Shown here in pieces: positions 56,042 through 64,000 of a DNA stretch of 64,000 nt; position 1 is the stretch's first letter, and every line of letters begins with the position of its first letter. This stretch comes from Longimicrobiales bacterium. Its GTDB lineage: Bacteria > Gemmatimonadota > Gemmatimonadetes > Longimicrobiales > Gaopeijiaceae. The translations under genes and the position numbers were made by a program. Location of the stretch: the NCBI GenBank assembly GCA_028822645.1, contig JAPKDG010000003.1:2842-66841 (forward strand), read 5' to 3'. The notes under the pieces were generated by a model. It saw only the letters and a list, made by a program, of their open reading frames with translations. It ran no database searches and was not told where the DNA came from.

Positions 56042-58339
56042 CTAGAGAACGAGTGTGTACGTAAATTTGACAGCGAGATTCTGACCCTGTTGCTGTGGAC
56101 GCATAGGCACGCCAAGTATTTCTCGCTCTAGATTAAGGCTCTCATTCCAAACGACCCAGAGATCTCTGCCTTCACTGAAGTTGTATCGTATTCGAGTGTT
56201 CGTAGTCATCCCTTTGGAAAGGGAGTTGTACTGAGCGAATCCATCGACGGACAGGTTCGTGTTGACAGCCCCAGTTGCGGTTAACCTCAGCAAATGAGAC
56301 TGAAATTTCTGGCCTCGCTCTTGGAAGTTAATATGATTCCATTCCCAACCGCCTTTCAATTCCAAATGTTTATCCAAACTCCAAGTAACGTCAGAACCGA
56401 TACTGTTTTTCAGGCCATCGTAAAAACGGCCTGAACTTAACGTTAAATTTGGTCTAAAGATCCAACTGCGACTTGCCCTAAATTCCCCCACCGCCTCTGT
56501 GAACCAGTACGATCCAGCGGGAATATTAGCATTTTCAGATAGCTCAAAATCTGTCACCACATCTTCAAATTGTGTTTTTGAAGACAACTTAAAAGTGACA
56601 CCAGTCTTAGTTTCGATTTGTAGGAACGGCTCCACTTGTGTGGTTTCAAGTTCCCTGTCCGAACCATGTTGTTCGTTGGGATTACGACTCCAAAGGCTAG
56701 ATTTCATACCAACCCATGTCCTGCGAATGTTCGAATCTGAATCTGGAAACCATTGATAGTTCCAGTCACTCTGAGCCCTTATGAAGTCCGATCTAGGCTC
56801 GAATCCCACAGCTGGATCGTAGCCAGGTCCCGACCATGTAAATGCATGTTGGTAGGTGAATCCTCCAAGCCTGCGCCGCGTCCAATCAAAGACGAACCGT
56901 CCCGAATTTCCACCATTTGAATCGAGATCATCTTTAAAGGTTTGAAGCCATTTGAGTGTTAGGTATTCATCTCCAGAAAGATTGAATAATCCATCTGCTC
57001 CGTACGTCAAGTTATAAGCTCCACTCCGATCTGTCCGACTCGTCCCCATGGCTCCGATAGTTGAGTTTTCGTTCAGCACACGGCGCTTCAATCTTATGAC
57101 TCCGAAGTTTTCGGAGAGAAGATTCTCCAGAGAACGAGTTTGCATACTAATGAGGCCAAGGTCCCATAAACCGATTCTCCCTACTAGACGGGCACCACCA
57201 AACAAGGGAACTGGCCGACCATCACTGAGTCCGATTCTTCGAGAATAAAAGAGGGTACCTCTCTCCCCTCCAGTCGCAAAATTGAACAAACCAGATCGCT
57301 CTTGGAAAAATGGCCGTTTCTCTTGGAAAAACAGTGAGAATCGAGTCAAATTGACTTGTTGTTGATCAGCTTCAACTGAAGCGAAGTCTGTGTTGATAGA
57401 AAGATCGAGTGTGAGGTTAGAAGTCGGATTTATCTTCAGATCCATACCGACATCTCTATTACTGTCCGTTTTAGTAGACCACGATTCCCCTGTGTCGCTT
57501 AGGTATGCTTCCTTGGATCTTCCGGCCAAAACATATGGAGCGACATACACTGGATTCTGAGGCCTAATGCCTTCTAGTCTCACCTTCTGCCATCTCATCA
57601 TCTGAGTGTAGGGGAAATCTTGGGGAATGGCTGGGTACGTCCACCTAGAAGATGCACCTTGCTCAGATATGTAGGCCATCAATCCCATAATGACCGATCC
57701 ATCTTGCTCCTCTTCAAAGCGAAGTGTAGAAAATGGAACACGCATTTCACCGAACCAACCGTCTTCGTTAGTCGTAACCTGATAATCCCAAAATGAATTC
57801 CAGGCTGAGTTTCTCATCCCGCCTGTCCCCCGAGTGCGTCCCGAAGTCGCAATTCCACCCGCCGATAACGCGTGATCCATACGGGTTCCGAGTGATAACC
57901 CAACGAAATTGACTGCGTTCTCATTATCGTTGAACGTGTCTAGCATAATCCCGAACCCGTCATCGCCACTCCACCGGTCGCGAGTTAATGAAAACCCTCT
58001 TATTTGGCTGGGATCTTGATGATAGAAGCGTCCTGCTATATACACCGCCTCCGAATCATAAGCGATGAGAAGCTCGACCGTCCGATCAGTTTTGCCCCTG
58101 AAGCTCGGCTCGTACATGGTTAGTGGAAGAGTTGGGATATCCCGCCATGCTGGCTCATCGCTCAGCCCATCCAATGTAATTGGCCCGCTAAGCTTCGGTA
58201 GGTTCACAATTCCCTCTGCTTCGGGTGCAGTACGGCCTAGATCTAAGCCGGGAGTTTGGGCAAAAGCATTGGTGCTGGTTAGCAGGATGAGTATGGCAGC
58301 TGCGGTGGCCGCTGACTTGACTGAAAACGTAATTCTCAT
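56042..58339 (-). CDS. Large outer-membrane protein, CBM9-like N-domain plus DUF5916-like beta-barrel, paralogue 2
   Basis: The ATG at 58339 gives signal peptide MRITFSVKSAATAAAILILLTSTNAFAQ (the ORF is open to a TTG at 58357). DFASVEADQQQVNLTRFSLFFQEKRPFFQERSGLFNF. Confidence 0.7.
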   Translation of the reverse strand: MRITFSVKSAATAAAILILLTSTNAFAQTPGLDLGRTAPEAEGIVNLPKLSGPITLDGLSDEPAWRDIPTLPLTMYEPSFRGKTDRTVELLIAYDSEAVYIAGRFYHQDPSQIRGFSLTRDRWSGDDGFGIMLDTFNDNENAVNFVGLSLGTRMDHALSAGGIATSGRTRGTGGMRNSAWNSFWDYQVTTNEDGWFGEMRVPFSTLRFEEEQDGSVIMGLMAYISEQGASSRWTYPAIPQDFPYTQMMRWQKVRLEGIRPQNPVYVAPYVLAGRSKEAYLSDTGESWSTKTDSNRDVGMDLKINPTSNLTLDLSINTDFASVEADQQQVNLTRFSLFFQEKRPFFQERSGLFNFATGGERGTLFYSRRIGLSDGRPVPLFGGARLVGRIGLWDLGLISMQTRSLENLLSENFGVIRLKRRVLNENSTIGAMGTSRTDRSGAYNLTYGADGLFNLSGDEYLTLKWLQTFKDDLDSNGGNSGRFVFDWTRRRLGGFTYQHAFTWSGPGYDPAVGFEPRSDFIRAQSDWNYQWFPDSDSNIRRTWVGMKSSLWSRNPNEQHGSDRELETTQVEPFLQIETKTGVTFKLSSKTQFEDVVTDFELSENANIPAGSYWFTEAVGEFRASRSWIFRPNLTLSSGRFYDGLKNSIGSDVTWSLDKHLELKGGWEWNHINFQERGQKFQSHLLRLTATGAVNTNLSVDGFAQYNSLSKGMTTNTRIRYNFSEGRDLWVVWNESLNLEREILGVPMRPQQQGQNLAVKFTYTLVL

Positions 58340-58454
58340 AGCGAGGAAGTAAGCCAACTAGTCACAACTTCGCCAGTGCTTTATAACAATAGGCTAAGCT
58401 TCGGTATCCTCACTAAACCTTGAGACTGAAAATGATAGGTGTTACCCTCTTGGC

Positions 58455-58808
58455 ATGTTCAAAACCACGGCCCTCTCGATCCTATTAACTTTGGCTCTCA
58501 CCTTCGGGTGCAAAACTGTTTGTGTTTGCAGCGACGACTCTGGGGATCATAGCACTACTGCACACCAGATGGACACTCACGATAGTGGGGATCACACTAA
58601 AAATGATCCTGCAGACCATGACCACGACAGTGACGCGACTGGTAATCGTTTGGAATGTGCAATGACCTCATGCTTGATCCTGACCGAATCAGGGATTGAA
58701 GTGGGAGCCATCGCTCTAAAATTTGCTGGCAACACTCAGACGAGTAACAATCAGCTCGATTTGTTTTCTAAGATTCCACCAGACCCACCTCCACCTCGTT
58801 TTTCATAG
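58455..58808 (+). CDS. His/Asp-rich lipoprotein (putative metal binding)
   Basis: 117 aa. Lipobox LTFGC. DDSGDHSTTAHQMDTHDSGDHTKNDPADHDHDSD tract. Pro-rich C-terminus. Confidence 0.5.
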   Translation: MFKTTALSILLTLALTFGCKTVCVCSDDSGDHSTTAHQMDTHDSGDHTKNDPADHDHDSDATGNRLECAMTSCLILTESGIEVGAIALKFAGNTQTSNNQLDLFSKIPPDPPPPRFS

Positions 58809-58852
58809 ATACCTAAAAAACATTTCATATACCTAAAAAGAGGTGGAAATCG

Positions 58853-59917
58853 ATGTATATAAACAAAGCCAGTTGGCTACTAATTGCTGTATCTCTTTGT
58901 ACGCTAGAAGGCATACTGAAACCTGTAGCAGGGCAGCACCATGAAAGTGGGATGGCAGGTGGGATGGCAGGGATGGATCACCATGTGCAAGCCCCTTCCA
59001 CCGTGATGGGATTTCACAGTTTGGCTCCCGGCCAAATAATGATGAATTACCGATTCGGTATGATGAAAATGGGTGAAGCCCACCAACATCTCGGGCAAAA
59101 TCATGTGACGACCCAGTCTGTACTCCGAAACTATAAAATAACCCCCGTACGTATGACCACCTCTATGCACATGCTGGGTGGTATGATCGGTCTTCCAGGA
59201 AATCTGGCGGCCACCTTCATGCTACCCGTAACGTCACGCTCGATGGATCACAACATGGCTACAGGCGGTCAATTCACGACTAAATCAAGTGGACTGGGCG
59301 ACCTAAACATCGGTATGACAAGCAATCGTAACACCTCACAGAGGACTAGTCTGGCCTATGGCATCTCGCTTACACTTCCGACCGGTACGATTAATGCTCG
59401 CGATGTTACTCCAGCGAGTAGTCCGAATAAGATGGTCTTGCCGTATCCCATGCAACTGGGATCAGGGTCGGTCGAGATTAAACCAGAGACCTCGGCTTCG
59501 GTGCAACTGGGAAATCTCAATCTGGGCACAAGAATAAGCGGGACAGTGCGAACTGGGAAAAACGAAGCTGGCTATAAACTCGGCAATCAACTTGTATCGT
59601 CCGTATGGGTCGCGTTCCAACCAGCCGCTTCCACAGAAGCATCCATAACATTTGGATACAATCGCTGGGGGAATATCTCGGGATCCGACTCCCGCCTTCA
59701 GAAGCAGATAGCTATGGTCCCTTCCGCCGATCCAAAATTGAGGCGTGGAAGCGAGCTACTGTTTACACCTGAGATCATAGTCTCTAAGAACAACACTAGA
59801 CTGGGCTCACACGGAATCATCATATCCGGGACTTTACCTTTGTGGCACTCGCTAGAAGGGCCACAACTAGGACTCGCATGGTCCTTTGGCTTAGGCTGGA
59901 GATTCTCGACTAATTGA
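58853..59917 (+). CDS. Outer-membrane beta-barrel with an N-terminal Met/His-rich region (CopB/PcoB-like or MetA-type 'transporter' family)
   Basis: 354 aa with a signal peptide. QHHESGMAGGMAGMDHHVQ...MMNYRFGMMKMGEAHQH. Central MQLGSGS motif. C-terminal ...GLGWRFSTN. Confidence 0.55.
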   Translation: MYINKASWLLIAVSLCTLEGILKPVAGQHHESGMAGGMAGMDHHVQAPSTVMGFHSLAPGQIMMNYRFGMMKMGEAHQHLGQNHVTTQSVLRNYKITPVRMTTSMHMLGGMIGLPGNLAATFMLPVTSRSMDHNMATGGQFTTKSSGLGDLNIGMTSNRNTSQRTSLAYGISLTLPTGTINARDVTPASSPNKMVLPYPMQLGSGSVEIKPETSASVQLGNLNLGTRISGTVRTGKNEAGYKLGNQLVSSVWVAFQPAASTEASITFGYNRWGNISGSDSRLQKQIAMVPSADPKLRRGSELLFTPEIIVSKNNTRLGSHGIIISGTLPLWHSLEGPQLGLAWSFGLGWRFSTN

Positions 59918-59926
59918 TGGAAGTGC

Positions 59927-60286
59927 CTATTCGTTCTTCCAGCGGATGAGAGTAGCGGTGATCCTCTGGTTAGCTATACCAGCCTCACCCTCTGCGAATG
60001 TGTTGCTTGACGTCATAACGATAGCATCCCCTCCAGCTTGACAACCTTCTTCCATCATGACGGGCAACACGTCTCTTAATTCCGCTTTCCAGGCTTTACC
60101 CTGTCCTTCCAAGACGCCTATTTCTTCGAAAGCTCTGTCAGGAGGTCCAGAACTGAACACCTCAATGTCACAGTCAGAGGGCCTAGGCTCATATAGACTT
60201 CCACTTGTGGGTGTAAAATTAGCCGAAAGACAACCGCTGAATAGCAGAAGCGAACCTAATAAGGCAGCTGTGCTAGTTTTTGTCAT
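59927..60286 (-). CDS. Small lipoprotein, unknown
   Basis: 119 aa. Lipobox LLFSGC. No family recognised. Confidence 0.45.
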   Translation of the reverse strand: MTKTSTAALLGSLLLFSGCLSANFTPTSGSLYEPRPSDCDIEVFSSGPPDRAFEEIGVLEGQGKAWKAELRDVLPVMMEEGCQAGGDAIVMTSSNTFAEGEAGIANQRITATLIRWKNE

Positions 60287-60302
60287 AACAAGTCCTTAAT
60301 GG

Positions 60303-60845
60303 CTAGAGAGCGATGCCGACATTAACGATACGGAACGTTGGGATATACTTCAGACAGTCATAGGAGCAACTGCCTCCTGCTTTATAAAGTCTCTTGAGGC
60401 CGAGGCCGAGGCCCATATAGAATTTACCTTCTGGCCCGAGCAACCAACTTCGATTGAAATCAAAACCATAACCCCAATAAGTACCCTCAGCATCGACGCT
60501 TGTGATACCAGTCTTCACACCGAACATCCATCCCTGGAGAGGCGTGCCGGAGGGATAATACCGCCAGAAAACGTCCGCATTCAAATACTCCAGGTCCCCT
60601 ATTGAACCTTCGCCTCCACCATCGAACAACCCCGATCCACCAAAACCAATGGTGCTAGTTGGCGAGACAACATGCTCGAGCTCTGCATTGAAGAGATCGA
60701 ACATAAGTCCAAAGGGATTAACAGACAGAACGGTACTTTTCGGTTCGATTATACCACTTTGTTGTGCGCCAAGAGAACTGGCTTGAATTCCAACAACAAG
60801 CAACGCTACACTCAAAATTAAGCTGGACTGATTCATTCGCATCAT
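60303..60845 (-). CDS. Small outer-membrane beta-barrel protein, unknown family
   Basis: 180 aa with a signal peptide ending LGAQQ. Alternating aromatic/Gly strands. Confidence 0.45.
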   Translation of the reverse strand: MMRMNQSSLILSVALLVVGIQASSLGAQQSGIIEPKSTVLSVNPFGLMFDLFNAELEHVVSPTSTIGFGGSGLFDGGGEGSIGDLEYLNADVFWRYYPSGTPLQGWMFGVKTGITSVDAEGTYWGYGFDFNRSWLLGPEGKFYMGLGLGLKRLYKAGGSCSYDCLKYIPTFRIVNVGIAL

Positions 60846-60923
60846 GCGCTTCCTGTTAATTGATTTTTGTGGGTCATTGTAAACATTATCTGTAAAATCT
60901 GTACCTGTAAAGTGGCCATAATT

Positions 60924-61760
60924 CTATTTTTTAAGGTTTCGGCCGCAGTAACTGCAGTAATGGACATCGGGATCAGACGCTACTTCCGGACACTTCATAC
61001 AAGTCGTACTGTTTCTCGACCCGAGTCTGGGGGCTGTTCTGTCTGCCTTGACCATTTCTGATGCAAACAATCCCATGGGGACAACAATGATAGCATACCC
61101 CATGAGCATCAGCATGGATGCTAGTGCCTGTCCAAGAGGAGTTGCAGGAGCCATGTCACCATAGCCAACTGTCGTAACAGTCACGATAGCCCAGTAAACG
61201 CCCATGGGTATGCTAGTGAACCCGCTTCCCGGAGTTTCAATCAAGTACATGAATGAGCCCACGATAGTCACTAAAGTAGACACTGCTACTAAGAAAACAG
61301 CGATCCTATACCTGCTCGCCTTAAGCGTTGATAACAGTATTCTGGTGCTTCCGACATACTGTACCAGCTTAAAAATTCTAAACACTCGCACCACCCTTAA
61401 GACCCTAACAACGGCGGTCACCTGCATGCCTGGCAGGATCAGACTAAAATAGCTTGGAAGTATAGACATTAAGTCTATCAATCCAAGAGCGCTAAGGGCA
61501 TATCCTTTCGGCCTCTTCACACACCACAGCCTGAAGAGATATTCGATCGTAAAAATTACTGTAAAAATCCATTCAGCATATCTTAATTGTTGACCGAAGA
61601 CAGTCCTGACAGACTCGACGGACTCCAACATCACTACCGTCACACTCAAAATAATCATGCCGATCAGGACAATATCGAATAATCTTCCCAGTTGAGTATC
61701 GTCACCGAAGATGACGACAAAGGACTTCTCACGAAACGAAGTAGGTTCAAATCCCTTCAT
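60924..61760 (-). CDS. Voltage-gated-type (6TM) K+ channel with a C-terminal zinc-ribbon-like tail
   Basis: 278 aa. S4 with Arg every third residue (VVRVLRVVRVFRIFK). Selectivity filter TVTTVGYGD. Tail CMKCPEVASDPDVHYCSYCG. Confidence 0.88.
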   Translation of the reverse strand: MKGFEPTSFREKSFVVIFGDDTQLGRLFDIVLIGMIILSVTVVMLESVESVRTVFGQQLRYAEWIFTVIFTIEYLFRLWCVKRPKGYALSALGLIDLMSILPSYFSLILPGMQVTAVVRVLRVVRVFRIFKLVQYVGSTRILLSTLKASRYRIAVFLVAVSTLVTIVGSFMYLIETPGSGFTSIPMGVYWAIVTVTTVGYGDMAPATPLGQALASMLMLMGYAIIVVPMGLFASEMVKADRTAPRLGSRNSTTCMKCPEVASDPDVHYCSYCGRNLKK

Positions 61761-61996
61761 ACAGTGGATCTATACTCATCTGGTATCGTCAAGATCTGCC
61801 TGGCCTAGGATGACATTGTCAATGCTTATTCAACGAATGATAACACCACAACAGCGCTCCGCTAAGGCCCCGTAAAAACAACCGTATAAGTCATCACTTA
61901 TAAAATGTCAGTCTCCTCTGCCTGGTCTGGCAGACGAATTCAGGATACAATATTTCCAGGTCCTTCGAAGTCATCTCCAACTACAATCGGTATCTA

Positions 61997-64000
61997 ATGA
62001 AGAAATTTGCCATAATACTCGCCATCATCGCCAGTGCCTGCACGCCCTCAAATCCCGAGTTAGTGCATTGGGAAGCCATGGCAGAAGACATCACTATAAC
62101 TCGAGATGACTGGGGGATCGCACACATACACGGTCCAACTGATGCCCATGCGGTTTTCGGCATGATATATGCCCAGGCAGAAGATGATTTCAACCGTATT
62201 GAGGTGAATTTCCTGAATTCACAGGGCCGATTGGCTGAAGCCGAAGGCGAAGAGGAAATATGGCGTGACCTCAGGATGAGGCTGTTCATCGATCCAGTAG
62301 AAATGCAAGCGATCTATGCAGAAAGCCCAGAATGGCTTGTGAGTCTCATGGATGCTTGGGCTGACGGCTTAAATTACTACCTGCATACCCATCCCGAAGT
62401 GGCCCCCAGGGTACTAACCCGATTCGAACCCTGGATGGCCCTCACATTCAGCGAAGGTAGCATCGGCGGTGATATCGAACGGGTTAATCTCTCACAACTC
62501 CAGGCCTTCTATGACAATGATCCATCTGGAAACATGAGCATGGCTTCCCTCCAGGTCGAACCAGTTCTTTTTGATTGGGAAGAACCACGTGGATCTAACG
62601 GCATTGCCATTTCCCCTTCAAATACAGTGGACGGAAATGCTCTGTTTTTGATTAACCCACATACCTCGTTCTTTTTTAGGTCTGAATTACACATGTCGAG
62701 TGACGAAGGTCTCAACGCCTATGGCGCTTCCACATGGGGTCAGTTTTTTGTATACCAAGGTTTCAACGAAAGCGCCGGATGGATGCACACTTCCAGCGGC
62801 GTAGATAACATCGATGAGTTCTTGGAGACGGTAACAGAACGTGACGGTGAATTTTACTACTCTGTCGATGGTGAAGACCGGCCAATTAGTAAGAAGACTA
62901 TTTCCATAGCGTATAAGTCAGACGAAGGGATAAGGGAAAGAGATTTTACAATTCTTAGATCCCATCACGGACCAATCGTCCGAGCTCAAGGTGCCAAATG
63001 GGTGGCCACTTCACTCATGAATGAACCGATGTCTGCTTTGATGCAATCCTACGGACGTACTCGTGCACAAGGCATGGAAGACTACCGCCAAAACATGGAA
63101 ATGCACACCAATTCATCGAATAACACAGTGTACGCGGACGCCGATGGCAACATCGCATACTGGCACTCAAATTTTGTTCCCAAGAGGAACCCTGACTTGA
63201 ATTGGTTAGAACCCGTGGACGGGAGCGTATCGGCGAACGATTGGGGTGAGCCTCATTCAATAGAGGAGACTCCCAACGTCTTCAATCCCTCTGTTGGTTG
63301 GATCCAAAACACGAACAACTGGCCCTACAGTTCCGCAGGACCAGACAGCCCCAAGCAGTCAGATTTCGCACCTTATTTCCAGCGAAGTGGTGAAAACGCA
63401 AGAGGGATCCACGCCATCCGCCTTCTGGAAAACAAAAAAGATTTTACCCTGGAAAGCTTAGTGGAAACAGCATTTTCCAGCCAAATTCCAGGGTTTGAAG
63501 CTGTCCTTCCAGCACTGATATCAGCCTGGGACAATGCTCCCACTTCGCACCCACTCAAGGCGGACCTGGCGGGTCAGATAGATCTACTTCGTGCTTGGGA
63601 CTACCGCTGGGGCTTGGAGTCCGTTGCAACTTCTCTGGCTACTTACTGGGCTGAAGAACTGACGGAGAACATCGCTAGGGAAGCTCGTGATTCTGGCATG
63701 ACTAGTAATGAATATATCGCTGACAGAGCTTCGACTGACCAACACCTAGGCGCTCTGCAAGCTGCTTCAAACTTGCTAACACAAGACTTCGGCTCCTGGG
63801 AAACCGCTTGGGGAGAAATCAACCGTTTTCAACGCATTAACGGAGATATTGTACAGCCGTTCAGTGACAGCGAGCCGAGTATCGGTGTCGGATTCCATAC
63901 TGGAAGATGGGGGTCACTCGCTTCGTTCGGTGCCAGAAGGTATCCAGGAACTGTCCGGCGTTACGGAACGAGTGGAAATAGCTTTGTAGCTGCGGTCGAG
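61997..64000 (+). CDS. Penicillin-acylase-family Ntn hydrolase lipoprotein (3'-partial, runs off the window)
   Basis: Not in the ORF track because it has no stop in the window. ATG at 61997. MKKFAIILAIIASAC lipobox. DDWGIAHIHG, AQAEDDF. Spacer, then nucleophile context PRGSNGIAISPS. NPHTSFFF. 668 codons are in frame to the window edge; I translated several stretches but did not check every codon for stops. Confidence 0.8.
   Translation, partial: MKKFAIILAIIASACTPSNPELVHWEAMAEDITITRDDWGIAHIHGPTDAHAVFGMIYAQAEDDFNRIEVNFLNSQGRLAEAEGEEEIWRDLRMRLFIDPVEMQAIYAESPEWLVSLMDAWADGLNYYLHTHPEVAPRVLTRFEPWMALTFSEGSIGGDIERVNLSQLQAFYDNDPSGNMSMASLQVEPVLFDWEEPRGSNGIAISPSNTVDGNALFLINPHTSFFFRSELHMSSDEGLNAYGASTWGQFFVYQGFNESAGWMHTSSGVDNIDEFLETVTERDGEFYYSVDGEDRPISKKTISIAYKSDEGIRERDFTILRSHHGPIVRAQGAKWVATSLMNEPMSALMQSYGRTRAQGMEDYRQNMEMHTNSSNNTVYADADGNIAYWHSNFVPKRNPDLNWLEPVDGSVSANDWGEPHSIEETPNVFNPSVGWIQNTNNWPYSSAGPDSPKQSDFAPYFQRSGENARGIHAIRLLENKKDFTLESLVETAFSSQIPGFEAVLPALISAWDNAPTSHPLKADLAGQIDLLRAWDYRWGLESVATSLATYWAEELTENIAREARDSGMTSNEYIADRASTDQHLGALQAASNLLTQDFGSWETAWGEINRFQRINGDIVQPFSDSEPSIGVGFHTGRWGSLASFGARRYPGTVRRYGTSGNSFVAAVE

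Noticed and set aside
62421-62435. tRNA T-arm-like string GATTCGAACCCTGG
   Set aside because: It lies inside the acylase coding frame (..TRFEPWMA..). No acceptor stem or anticodon arm can be drawn around it. I found no tRNA anywhere in the window.
1-64000. Search for CRISPR arrays, prophage or transposon genes, integrases, toxin-antitoxin pairs or known defence-system genes
   Set aside because: I saw no regularly spaced direct repeats and no transposase, integrase, recombinase, nuclease or ATPase signatures typical of defence islands. The window looks like core or accessory metabolic chromosome.

Overview
This 64-kb window looks like chromosomal DNA from a diderm (Gram-negative-type) environmental heterotroph; I cannot place the taxon from sequence alone. 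I count about 60 protein-coding genes. Shine-Dalgarno-like AGGAG/GGAG motifs sit in front of many starts. I found no rRNA, tRNA, CRISPR array, transposase or integrase. Most products are exported or membrane proteins, falling into five groups. (1) Nitrogen/peptide-scavenging hydrolases: M24 peptidase, gamma-glutamyltransferase, creatininase-like protein, D-aminoacylase, an amidase-signature enzyme, two class-C beta-lactamase-fold serine hydrolases, a Tat-exported amidohydrolase, dienelactone hydrolase, and a penicillin-acylase-family protein that runs off the 3' edge. (2) Redox proteins: PQQ dehydrogenase, a molybdopterin oxidoreductase domain, a dihaem cytochrome c, and a haem-motif/PHM-like copper monooxygenase fusion. 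(3) Transporters: SLC13/DASS with two TrkA-C domains, MFS, MATE, FeoAB, a Kv-type K+ channel and a TonB-dependent receptor. (4) Outer-membrane beta-barrels, including two large DUF5916/CBM9-like paralogues. (5) Many orphan small secreted proteins. Non-coding features I can support: a cobalamin riboswitch in front of the TonB receptor (the ORF track reads through it as protein); a CarH-type B12 photoreceptor/MerR regulator with tandem 11-bp repeats in its divergent promoter; twin Fur-box-like palindromes in front of feoAB; a perfect 27-bp-stem inverted repeat between convergent genes; a decayed methyltransferase remnant; and several sub-60-aa ORFs the track misses. The best candidates for undescribed biology are the hydrolase island bracketed by inverted DUF5916 paralogues (47.2-58.4 kb), the orphan exported-protein cassette at 32.8-34.9 kb, the haem-PHM fusion with PAL-like NHL propellers, the thrice-repeated MORN-variant lipoprotein family with a conserved Cys-containing tail, and the non-canonical CarH regulon. 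All family assignments come from motifs I recognised by eye. No database search was run.
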